Assembly: GCA_965113315.1 (NCBI GenBank)
Contig: OZ220377.1
Reading direction: 5' to 3' (one strand)
From: Podarcis vaucheri
Taxonomy: Eukaryota
Length of the DNA stretch: 64,000 nucleotides
This document shows, one piece after another, positions 22,556-34,449 of this stretch (its first letter is position 1; each line of letters opens with the position of its first letter). The translations under genes and the position numbers were made by a program. The notes beneath the pieces were generated by a model. It was given only the letters and a program-made list of their open reading frames with translations. It had not been told where the DNA came from and did not search any database.

Positions 22556-23311
22556 TGTCAGGGGTTCAGGAGCAGAGGCGAGGGCAAGGGAGGAAACAGA
22601 GAGCGAGGGGGAGGAGGCAGAAGAAAGGATGAGTGATGACGACGACCCGAGATCTCCGAGTCTTTCCAGTGAATCAGAAGATTCACAAAAAGGAGCACCA
22701 GTGGCCAGGGCAAGGGGGGAGACTAGGGGGACACCCCAGGAAGAAAGAGCCAGAGGGGACTCAGAGGGGAGCAGTTGGAGATCGGGACCAACTTCACCGC
22801 CAGAGAGTAGGAAAGAGGAAGAGCGCCAGGGAGCAAGCGCTGGCAGCTCGCAACAGGAGGGAGGGCACGAGTCAGGAGTGGCCACACCTTCATCGGGGAG
22901 CGAAGTGACGGTTAGACGGAAAGTGGAAGGTTGGGCGCGCACGCCAAGTTCAAATGCACAGGAAGGTGGCGCAGTAGGCAGCCCGGAAAGGGAGCCAGGT
23001 CCTAAAGCCCGGCGCAAGGAGACAGGAGAGTCAGGGGGGTCAGCGTCAGAAGAATCCCGGAAGGAAGAGACCCAGGGGGGCAGAGGGACCCAGAGGAGAA
23101 CTGTCAGGCGGAAAAGGTGGAGCAGGGCTAGGATATTAAGTTGGTGCGCAAGGGGCGGAGACTCAGACGGAGCTTCGCCGATCTAAGCATAAGACGTAGG
23201 GTTGCACGCAGCAGCTCGAGAATGGAGACTGTAACTCAATAAAGACTTTTATTTAACGATCGCTGGCTAGCGTGATCCTCTGTGAGCTAGGATCTGGAAG
23301 TAACCCTGACA
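22556..23311 (+). mobile_element. Young solo LTR (756 bp) with an open reading frame in U3
   Basis: Ends TGTCAGGG/CCCTGACA. Perfect 5-bp TSD GGTGT at 22551-22555 and 23312-23316. AATAAA at 23238-23243, and CpGs are retained. Confidence 0.9.
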
Positions 23312-24997
23312 GGTGTATTTATCCTAAATATGCACACTTCCGTCTTTGTCCTATGGTATTTGTTTAGATAAGGTGTAGGATGACACCCACCTTCCAGACC
23401 TCTTTGCCTGGCCCTTAGGGTATCATTGGTATTTCAGCGTGTTCCATTTTTGGCAAACTAAGATGCTGAAACTGGAGAATATTCAGTTTGAGGTGATTTA
23501 AGTTCATATCTGGATGAGTTTCCTCATCTGTTGTGGGCAGATTTGCTTTGGACTACGTAACGTGAATTAGGAAGAGAACCTGCAAGTAAATCATTTTGAA
23601 TAAAGAAAGTATAAGAAAGGGGGTGGGAGAGACCAAATCCTTATTTCCTCTGAGATGTGCTGTTGGTTTGACATTCTCAAGGTCTAAGCGATGCCATCAG
23701 TCACAGCCAACTAGGCCTGGCCTCCTGGAAAGAGGCAGCCTATATTTTTAAAGCCAAGTAGGCACATGGGAGACAGTGGGTGGATTTCTGCATTTGCAAA
23801 GGGAGGAGGGTGATGGCTCCTGCCAAAATTCCTAGCTGTGGAATTGTAGATCTTAAACTAGGGATGGGGGAGAAGGTCAATTCAGTTCATTTTTAAAGGC
23901 AAAGTTACATCACACACACTTTTCAAAACACTACGAGAACTGAAGCACACCCATCCTTTGAAATCTTCCCTTCTCAGAATTTTGCAATCCAGCCTTGCCC
24001 ATGTTTGCATCTAGACTTCCCACTTCTGGCACGTGGCCCCTGAGAGATTCTCCATGAAGGAATGTGGCCCTGGGACTGGAAAAGGGTACCCAATCCTGTT
24101 TGCAATTCTATGAACTGAAGGGCTAGCTGCCACCCTTAGCTACGTATGTCTGGTTTTCAATCTCCCTCTCTCATTTCCATTCCATTCCTGTTTTTTGCAC
24201 AATTCTGTCTCCGCATCTTGCTGAAAATTGCTCCTTCCTGCAAAACTCCGCAGCTCATTACAAATCTGTATTTTAAAGCTCTCTGGACTCAGCATTGTTC
24301 CCACTTCTCTGTTTCACAAACAGTTATTTCTCCTGCGTGGCTGCAGCATTATTAATTTCAAGGAGGAGGAAACGGGGAAGTTTAATGAATTCTTATAAAA
24401 CGTCAAGATTTTTAAAAAAATAAATGGCCAGGCTGCAGCAGGACCTCATTAAAATACAACGAGATTAGCAGCCCTCATGCCTTTCAATTATTAACAATGT
24501 ACTTGTTCTCCAGAAAAGGACCCATGAAAATTTAAAACAGATGAAAATGGTTGTTCACTTAAAACTGCTCAGTTAATCTGTGAGTAATGTTTTATTCAGA
24601 GGTGTTAAATGAACACTGCAAAGTTTGATATGTGATAATCCATCATTCATGTGGCATAACACACAAGGATCAATAGAGCTCTGTGCCCAGAGGACAGGCA
24701 CGTGTGGCAGTTTGGGGGGACCTGGGCACAGAAGGCTCCATTTAATTCAGTGGCCAGCCAGAATCGATGGTGAGCCAGAGAGTTGATAAACCAGGAGCTG
24801 TCAGGGCTTCAGAGTCTCCAAGAGATCGGGAAGACTTTCAAACAGCAGGACGTGAAGCCACTACATGGAATCTGCGGCCCTCCAGCTGTTGTGGGGCTAC
24901 AACTCCCATCATCCTTAGCTGCTTGGCTGAGCCTGGTGGGAATTGTCCAACAACAGTACATGTTCTATATTTATGAATTAAAGATATCCCTCACATT

Positions 24998-25190
24998 AGA
25001 GAGCTGGTGTAGTGTAGTGGTTAGAGTGTGAGCCTAGGACTTGGGAGACTCACTGGGTGAACTAGGGCCAGTCACTGCCTCTTAGCCTAACCTAACCTTA
25101 CAAGGTTGTTGTGATGGTAAAATGGAGAATGCAGGGGGGAAGTGTGCATGCCACCTTCAGCTCCTTGGAGAAAAGATGGGACATAAATGT
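24998..25190 (+). mobile_element. Squam3A-like SINE
   Basis: GAGAGCTGGTGTAGTGTAGTGGTTAGAGTG head and GGTTGTTGTGA core. Confidence 0.7.
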
Positions 25191-25245
25191 TTCAGCAGGT
25201 CTTGGAGCTCATAGGGGGCTGAGCAAAGCAGCAGGAAGAAGTTTA

Positions 25246-25593
25246 AGTAAAGGTAAAGGGTCACCTGACCATTAGGTCCAGTCGCGGACGACTCTGGGGT
25301 CGTGGTGCTCATCTCGCTTTATTGGCCAAGGGAGCTGGCGTACAGCTTCCGGGTCATGTGGCCAGCATGACTAAGCTACTTCTGGTGAACCAGAGCAGCG
25401 CACGGAAACGCCGTTTACCTTTCCGCCGGAGCGGTACCTATTTACTTACACTTTGATGTGCTTTCGAACTGCTAGGTTAGCAGGAGCAGGGACCGAGCAA
25501 CGGGAGCTCACCTTGTTGTGGGGATTCGGACCGCCGACCTTCTGATCGGCAAATCCTAGGCTCTGTGGTTTAACCCACAGCGCCACCTGCGTC
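25246..25593 (-). mobile_element. Sauria SINE with 47-bp flanking direct repeat
   Basis: Full-length copy. Identical 47-mer at 25199-25245 and 25591-25637. Confidence 0.95.
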
Positions 25594-27353
25594 TTGGAGC
25601 TCATAGGGGGCTGAGCAAAGCAGCAGGAAGAAGTTTACAAAGAGTCAATTAGAGGCAGGGCTGCAGGACCAGGGACAGCTCACAAGGAAGCAGGAGACTT
25701 GAGGGCTCATCCATACTCCCATTTGTTCTGTGCCAGAAAGCACAGGGCCGGTCAGTTTTCCGCATGTCATGTGCTTTCCAGGCATGGGTCCAAGCGATTT
25801 TGCCATTGTTTTGCCACTTTCCCCTGGAAAACCCACTCTTTAGCGCTAAATTAACCGAAACGTCAGTCCAGAGAAAACCCCATTGATGTTTGCTCCAACT
25901 CAGCAGTAAAAGGCGGGTTTCCCAGGGGGGAAGCAGTGGGGGAAGTGGCAATGTGGAGAAAACCTCCATCCTCTTGCCTTCGCACTCTCTTTATTTCTCC
26001 AGTTACTGTGTCTTCCAGTGCCTGGTTACAGAAGGAGCACTGCTGATCTCAGCACATCAATTAGTGCTATCTCCCAAGAATAAGGTTCTGATCGCCTGTT
26101 ATCTGTATCCATAACAAACGGGGACATAATGGAGAAGTGCCAGACACCAATAATCAGCCAAAGTGCATTGTAAACAGGGCTGGGGTAATTCTGTTTGTTT
26201 TTCCTCTGTTAACAATACCAGAAAACTGCCAGGCTCCTGGAAGGAGATGGGCAGAAGATTCCTTGTCTATTTGCTAAGGTCTGGGGGCAGTGCCAACAAC
26301 ACCATGTGTGCATTTCCTAGTAATGCTTTCCAGCTTAAAGTCCAGAAATCTTGGGCAGTGGAATTCAGTGAATGGAATATAGGTGTCTCTTGTGGGTCCA
26401 TCTCTGGTCTGGAATTGACTAGTTATTAGATAGCAGACAGCTCTGGAACTACGATCAGGCTGCTGTAAGCTTTTGATTGGAAGATAATGAGATGATTAGT
26501 AGGAATTAGGGCTGTTCTGAATGGTCTCCTATTTTGATTTTTCAGATTAAAACCAGCGATGCTGGCAGGTTAGAAATATTTCCTGGAAAACACTTCAATT
26601 GCTGGATATTTGCCTTTCCTAGTCTGGTTAGATTCCATTGTTTTTACTCGTTGCTGCCTTTCTGCTTGATTATCTGCCCCCTCTTCACCAGCTGCCTCTC
26701 TCCTGGATTAGTTAAATGGGTGGTCTCAGGCAATCAGGGATCACACAGTGAATGGGATTCTATCACAATGGCCGGTCAGATTTGGCTGTGCTATACAGTT
26801 ATTGAGGGCAAGTGGTCAAGAGTGAGAGCAATGACAGGTCATTTAATGACATGTGGATGCTTGTGCAAGATGTGTCAAAATATAATGGAAAGGCATTTCC
26901 CCTCTTCCCATTCTATAACACCATGCATAGTTCCAGACCTTACTTGGTGGGAATCCAACATACAATATGATGCATGGACTATAAAGTTGAGCATCCACTT
27001 AGTTGGCCGGTACCCTCATCCTCCACATTAGGGATGGGGAGCAGGAGGAAGAAAGGAAGAGTTAAGTTATCAGCATGGCTCTTCCATGCATCTAATAAGT
27101 GCAGGACTTTCTGCTGGCCTCAGAAATATTTATGCTAATCCCATCATGCGCCTAATGAACTGGTACGAATCTCATCATCACACAAGGGGCTTGGGATAAA
27201 TATGCCTCTGGCCAATGTGTTCATTGAAGATAGGGATCACTGATGGAGAGCAAAGACTTATCATTGACCTCATTCCGCTACTCTGGCCAATGCTTTTGCT
27301 GGGGAAACTACAATGTGTGAGGCATGTCCTGCTGGCTGGATACAGGATGCACT

Positions 27354-28532
27354 TGTGGTTCGAGGACCCGACCCCCGCGAAGTAAAATGAAGACAAAGGG
27401 ACACGTGATATAAGGTTAATGGGCTAGAAAAGGCCACAACTTTATTGATTACAGCAATGAAAAGGTATTGGCTTAGGCATTGGATCGCAAAACAAGTGGG
27501 TTTATTCACCAGGGGGTCAACACCTGTTGATGCTAATCCAACTATAGGCTCACCCCTGATGTCACTGAGGGTCGTGCCATGGCCTCCCGCCAAGCAGGCT
27601 TCGGACGGAATACACGACCGCCAGATTCCTTTACCGGAATACCCCTATAAATTGAAGGCATAGGCGATGGCCACACCTAGCACTTCGACACACCACAACA
27701 CATTATTCCAATGCCTAACCTACCCACCAATACCACCAGAAAGTTGTGGAGTGAGGGAGCTCCAGGAAGGGTTTAAGGTAAAGCAATAAGCAGCAAAATG
27801 GGACAATAGCAAAATTGGGGCAATGCAGTTGTCTGAAAGAAGTTTTTAAATGGAGCTGCCGCCCCCTGAAATCGCGGAGGCGTGGGGGAGCAACACCAAA
27901 GGGAGAAGGCAGCACGTGGGGAGAGGGGGAGGAAGGGCTCCAAGCCAAACCACGGAGCCTACTAGTGAAGGCTCAGATTTCCCCCCTTCCAAGCACGCTG
28001 AGATGCTGCCCGCAAAGACACAGAGAGTGTCTGTTTTGAAGCCTGAAGAGCAGCACACACACACAGAGTGACTGATTTAAAGTCAGAGAAGCACACACAC
28101 ACAGAGTAAAGGCTTCGGGATCAGAGATGAAATTAGGAACAATTAGGAGGTATTTGGAAAAAAGTAAAGAGGGAATTAAAGGTGCAGAGTTGGGTGGGGG
28201 GATTAAAGTAAAGGTAAAAGGCAAAGTAAAGGGGGTAAAGTAAAGGAGGAATTAAAGGCTTCCCTTTCTCAGAAGTCCTCTTCCAAGTTAGCACCACGCT
28301 TCTCGCTGCAGGAACACTGAAGAGAGAGTATCCTCCTGACTCGCTCAGGATGACAAATAGAAATGAGGCCGGGGAGAGGCTGGCACTGCAGCCTAAAGGC
28401 TGCTGGACACGCCCCCCCCCCATGGCACCTGGTTGGGCGGCCACCGGGGGGGGGGCGTGAGTGCCAGCCAGGTGAGCTGGAGGCAGGGGGCAACGCCCCC
28501 TGCTAGGAGCGGTGTTCGGGCTCCCGCCCACA
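27354..28532 (-). mobile_element. About 1.18-kb CpG-rich LTR-like insertion (probable solo LTR)
   Basis: Ends TGTGG...CCACA, with AATAAA on the minus strand near 27440. CpG/GC content rises abruptly. Flanks GCACT/ACCACT give only an imperfect TSD. Confidence 0.55.
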
Positions 28533-28765
28533 ACCACTCCCCTCTCTTTCAGGGAGGAGAGTCTCTTATTTTGAGGCTTGTTTTAAGTTTGAGTAAGAAT
28601 CCCTTTTGACATAGGAGCAGGGATTGGCTTGCAGGAAGTTAGTTTCCCCCCTGGTTATAACTACTCTTAGCCTATTGACTGGGACAGGGGGCCAGCTTTG
28701 ATTGACCAGTACTGCTGAACCAATGATTTTGCATAACAATAACACCCAACTATGGCTGCATTCAT

Positions 28766-28969
28766 GGGATGCGGGTGGCACTGTGGGTTAAACCACAGAG
28801 CCTAGGACTTGCCGATCGGAAGGTCAGTGGTTTGAATCCCCATGAAGGGGTGAGCTACCATTGCTCGGTCCCTGCTCCTGCCAACCTAGCAGTTCAAAAG
28901 CACGTCAAAGTGCAAGTAGATAAATAGGTACTGCTCTGGCAGGAAGGTAAACAGCATTTCTGTGCACTG
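28766..28969 (+). mobile_element. Sauria SINE, 3'-truncated
   Basis: The 5' about 200 nt match the other copies. The tail is absent. Confidence 0.9.
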
Positions 28970-31900
28970 GGATCCTTTGGTGAAAGTTGGTGTAAATACA
29001 CCTAATTAGTGAAAATAAATAAATAAAAGTGAAATGCACAAGAAGAATGGATGCTGCAAAAATATCAAAGAGGAATGAAGGCTGCTACGGCAGCATCGTC
29101 TCTCCTAAAAAGCAGCTAGGGATGTCATCTTTGAGTTGGCCAGCAAATCCATCTCTGCCTACTAAACGCCTTTCAGGAGACAGAGGGGGGCATGATTAAC
29201 ATTGCTTTGCCAAGAGTTAAGTAAGACACTCGAAAATAGACACAAAGCAGCCTCTTGAGAAAGGCACCCAAACTACTGAAGCATTGATTTCCACTGACCT
29301 TCAAATAATGCTTGTGTACTTGAACATTGATCAGACGTGCCGCTGTTGGAATGGCTGACTTGCCACTTCCGTCTATCCAGCCTAGATCTGCCCCAAAGTT
29401 ACATTTTAGCTCTCAGCTTTGCTTTGTGATCAAAAACATCCAACGTTGCAAACGGAGGCAGTGGATCAGCGCCAAGTCTTGCCTCTTCCTTTGCTGTCTC
29501 TACATTGATTTTTACCTACTTCTGTTGATGAAGCTGCGTTTGCAACTAGCGATAAATCCATTAGACAAACATGACACTCCATTATTCACCATGTTTCCAT
29601 CACCCCGGGGATGCAAGCTTGCAAAAAGGAGGGGGGATAGAATCGGTGGCAGAGAGTCTGGGGGTTTAGCGTCTTTACTAACTGCCTGACCCTATGCACC
29701 AGCACACTGCTACTTGTGCGCATATGATCAGATGCTTAAATTGTAATAATCCCTCTTCTCCCCCATAGAATCCTGGGCAGAGAATTATTTAACAGAGATC
29801 TCTAGACCCCTTACAAACGAAATGTTCTCTAGGTTCCTTGGTGGAGAGCTATGATAGTTAAAAGTGGCTTAGTTTTTGGGTGCAGATATGCCCAGTGGAA
29901 GGGGAGCACATCTTTAGGACCCCCTCCCTCAGTGAAAGCAATGTTGTAATCTGCTGGAGCATCAGGTTAATTGATGGGCTCTCCATGTTCTGACAAGGGC
30001 ATGAGGCAATAATGAAGCTTTCGACTTTGTTTGTGACATAGCAGCATAAAGCTGCCTTCTTCATCCTGGTGACTACCAGAAGTTGGCAGACTACAACTTC
30101 CATCATCCTTGACCATTGGCCATGGTGATGGAGTTGTGGACAAAAAATCTGGCAAGGTGAAGGTTGGGGAAGGCCAGAATAAAGGCCGGATGCTTCTTTC
30201 CTTTTCTCTGATGAGGGTTCTTTCACCACACTAGCAGTTTTTATAGGACCACTTCTTAGCAAGATTGATTGCACTGTTCATTACAAGCTAAAGGTGCTAT
30301 TTCGTCTGGTTGAAGTATTTTTGTTAAAGCTCAGCATGCTTTCCAAGTAATCTGATGCAGTTAGAACTAAGCAGCACTGATTCCATTGATGTTACTCCTC
30401 AAGTAAGTATGCATAGGATTGCAGTCATGCTGATCCTAATAAATTGTGCTGCTGCTTTCTGATGTAAGCAACACAGCTGCCCCAATTTTGTGGCATTGCT
30501 ATGAGGGGCTGTTAGGATATGTTCCTACACTTGACATCTACTACCACACCACTGAATAAGCCAGTTGAGTTCTGTCATTCTCATAGAAGTACGATATTAA
30601 GACTATTCTAGCAGAGGCTGAACGAAAGGGTTGTGCAACTGCTCTGGACAGATCCTGAACTGAATCAGGCTGATTTGGGTTGACCTAGAGTTTGGCTGAA
30701 ATTGGTTGAGGCAGCTCCAAATAGCCTAGGGTCAGATTGGGGCAATCCCAGACTCAAAAAGAGTCACCACCCAGGCAGTTGAGTGGTGAGGATGGGAGAG
30801 AAGGAGATGGAGGTAGGCTCCTTCCTTCCCCACCTCCTAACTGCAAGTTCACTCTAGGTTAAAAACCCTAATTAAGGCCCCAATTCAGTTTGGGGCCTAG
30901 ATCCATGTCAGGTCAGCCTTGAGTTATCCTGGATTGGGGCCACAACAAAGCACTGGATAGGGATCTGAATTGGATTGGAGTGGCATGCACAGTTCTAAAG
31001 GATGGCCATCCATCAAGGATACGGAAGTTCTATTATACATTATGTTGGTACTAAAGGGTTAAGAGGTAACAAGTCGCTCTAATCACTGAGCAGCTGGAAG
31101 TCATTAAGCATCCAGGAATGTGAGTTAGTTTGTATAAATAGTCAGTTCACCCATGTGTTTTCTCTCTCTCTCCCCCCCCCCCGACCTGACTCGCAGACTC
31201 AGTTTGTGGCCATGGGCGTGTTTGCTAATATGAGTTAAGTTTAGAGTAAAGTTTTCTTTATCCCGGAGATAAAAGCATGTGTGCTTTATTGCCAGGGTTT
31301 TTCTTTTGTAAATAAAGTTTTTTTTCCTGAGTTCCAAAGTGCTTGCTCCAGGATTCTTCATTGAAAGGTACTGAATCTCCTGCCTTCTTCAACCACTGCA
31401 TGAAATTCTCTGCTGAGATAAGATTTATGGTGTTGGAAGCGCACTGGACGTTTACTTAACATTAAACTAATTAAAGTTTAATGGACACATTATAGAACCT
31501 GCATTGAGGTGGAGGATGGGTCAGGTGAGGTTGGCCTCTAAGGCCATGAACTCTATGACTCTGTGTACTCTCTAGATGTTTTGCCTAAGAAGGAAGCTCT
31601 AAATTTATTTCACCTTTCACCTTTCTGGCAAAATCCAGATAACTCAGGAAATTTAGACTCTCCCCTCCAGCCAAAAAAATTCACTAATTTTCATGAACTC
31701 TTTTCACTTCCATGAAATCTCCCCAGCATTAAGCTCCAGGGGGCTGGGGGGTGGGAGGCTTCCAAATTTGCTTAAAATATTATTTTATAGAAAACTTCAG
31801 GTGGCATATCTACAGGAGGCCACTACTAGCTTCATAGCTGCTGCACCTATACATACTTCACCCCCAGTATGATCCAGTTTAAAAAAATGGACCCATTTAC

Positions 31901-33358
31901 AACTGGCAAAGCCCATCCAAACTTTAGAAGTTCACATGCCATGTCCCTGATTCCTGCCAGCACGTCAGTCTAATAAAGAGATCATCTTTACCGCCTCTCA
32001 TTCTGCCTGCCTCTCATTCTTTGCCAGTTCAACTAATCTGATCTAATCTAATTTAATCTAACCGGCCATATGTAGCTATCTATATAGGCACCCACTTGAG
32101 AATCATAAACACAAAGAGCAATCATTTTCTGACCTGGAAAGATGTGGATGAGAACTAGGTTTGCTCCTCTGCCAAGTAATATTTTATGCAGAGGTTTTTT
32201 CAAGGTTGAGAACACTCCTGGCTGGGCGTTGCATTGTTTTCCTCCTGGCACCAATTCTGTTTTCATCCTCCTCTCCTCTGCCCACACTCTTACCCTCCTC
32301 TAAATTTTCAGGTTGTTCTGTCACATGGCTCTGATTAACAGTTTGCTATTATTTGCCTCACTTTTTGCAGTAATATCTCTGCCTCTTTTTCTTTGGGTCC
32401 ACCCAAGTTGCCAAGTCTTTGTGGAAATCTTTACCTTGTCGCATTTTAAGGATGCACAATACTGACTCCTTTATTCAATGTCTTAAATGTTCAGGGCTAT
32501 GTTAGTGCATAAAAAATAAGACACACAGGGAGCAGAGTGCTCTCTAATGCTCAATAAAGTCATTGGTCTATACACATGTTTAACATTGCACCCAGTTTTC
32601 AATGAATATACACCAGTATCAATCAATGAGTACATAAATCACCCTTTGCTACCCTGGTGCCCTCTGAATGTTTTGGAAGAAATCATAACCCCCTTTCCTT
32701 TCCTCCTCCCTCCATCCTGTAGAAGTTCAGAAATGAAAAATGAAGTCACTGGAAGTTGTCATTTTTATCAAATAAAAGCATCATTTCAAAAGTCTCCGTG
32801 TGTTGTTGTTGGTCTATATCAGTGTTCATTTGATATTGCGTAGGGGATAAAGTCGTTCCAAATGACATTAAAAAGACTTGGATTTCTTGCCTGCTCTCCT
32901 TTCCTGCCCATGTGTTGTTACTTTGTCTATTAATATCAGGCCCCACAATTGTGAAAGCAATGCTTTCATATAGGTCTGCTCCTGGCATCTTGCAATAGTG
33001 AGAATTGCCGCTGCCATAAAATGTGTTGTAAGACTTTTGCACAAAAGATCTTTGGCCTTCTTCCCATGAAAGGAAAACAGGACTTTTAACTGCTGGTCGG
33101 GGCTGAAGGGAGTTGTAGTCTAAACCATCTGGAGGGCTCCAGATTGTCTAAGGTTAGCATAAATAAGCAGTACGACTTGAGCTTCATGGTGTTTTCCACC
33201 CTGTGGCTTGGGATTTCTGTGGAAATGCCCTATCATGCCTTGGGTATCACTGCTGTGCCAGAGCTTACACAGGTGTAACCACTGGGGATGTAGGAGCAAA
33301 GTCAAAACCACAAGGATTTGGCAAGCAGAGGAAAAAGTGAGTGCACCAACAATGTGAA

Positions 33359-33680
33359 AACATAAGGGGGCCTCTGCTAGATCAGACCAAGCTCCTTTCT
33401 AGTCCAGCTTGCTGTTCTTACAGTGGCTGGGCAGATGCCGCTATGGGAAGCCTGCAAGCGGGATGTGAGGGCAACAGCATCTCTCCATTTGTGATTCCCA
33501 GCAACTGACATTCAGGGGCACATCACCTCTGACGTTGAAGGTAAAACCTAGCCATTGTGCCCAATAGCCATTGATTGCCTTATCCTCCCTGGATTGGTCA
33601 GGCCTCTTCTAAGGGCTCCACATTGGTAGCAACCATCACTACATCTTGTAGGAGCAAATTCCATACTTAAACTATGTAGT
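33359..33680 (-). mobile_element. Old CR1-family 3' end
   Basis: Homologous to the 14985, 20428 and 52968 copies (TAGTCCAGC...CAGTGGC...GCCATTGAT.GCCTTATCCTCC). Confidence 0.7.
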
Positions 33681-34097
33681 AGTAGATGTTTTATTTCTTC
33701 TTGCAGGCTGCTACAGGCAAAATGTATGCTTGCCGGCAGCCTAGATGCTTCCCTTTCTCTCCCTCCTACACTCCGTTCCCTGTTCCACTGGTTAGTTAAT
33801 CCTCTCTTTCTGCTTTCCCCCTCTGGCGCTTTCTTGAGCTTCCAAAGGCAGCTTGCGGAACGAGGCGTCTGAGGAACTGGTGAGGATGGCATTGGCTTTC
33901 AGCTTGCTCCCAGCCTGTACTGCCCACCCCTCTGGCCTGCATCACACTTAGCTTAAGTTGAAGTCTTGCGGAAAAGCTCTACTGCCTTCCTGCTATACAT
34001 TCACCACCGTACACTTAAAGAACTATGATACCACTTTAAGCACTTCCCCCAAAGATTTCTGGGAGCTGTCGTTTATTCAGGGTGCTGAGAGTGGTTA

Positions 34098-34449
34098 AAA
34101 AGGTAAAGGGACCCCTGACCATTAGGTCCAGTCGTGGCCAACTCTGGGGTTGCGGCGCTCATCTCGCTTTATTGGGCGAGGGAGCCGGCGTACAGCTTCC
34201 AGGTCATGTGGCCAGCATGACTAAGCTGCTTCTGGCGAACCAGAGCAGCGCACGGAAACGCCGTTTACCTTCCCACCGGAGTGGTACCTATTTATCTACT
34301 TGCACTTGGACGTGCTTTTGAACTGCTAAGTTGGCAGGAGCTGGGACCGAGCAACGGGAGCTCACCTTGTTGCAGGGATTCGAACCGCTGACCTTCTGAT
34401 CGGCAAGTCCTAGGCTCTGTGGTTTAACCCACAGCGCTACCCGCGTCCC
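34098..34449 (-). mobile_element. Sauria SINE
   Basis: Full length. 15-bp TSD TGCTGAGAGTGGTTA at 34083-34097 and 34453-34467. Confidence 0.95.
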
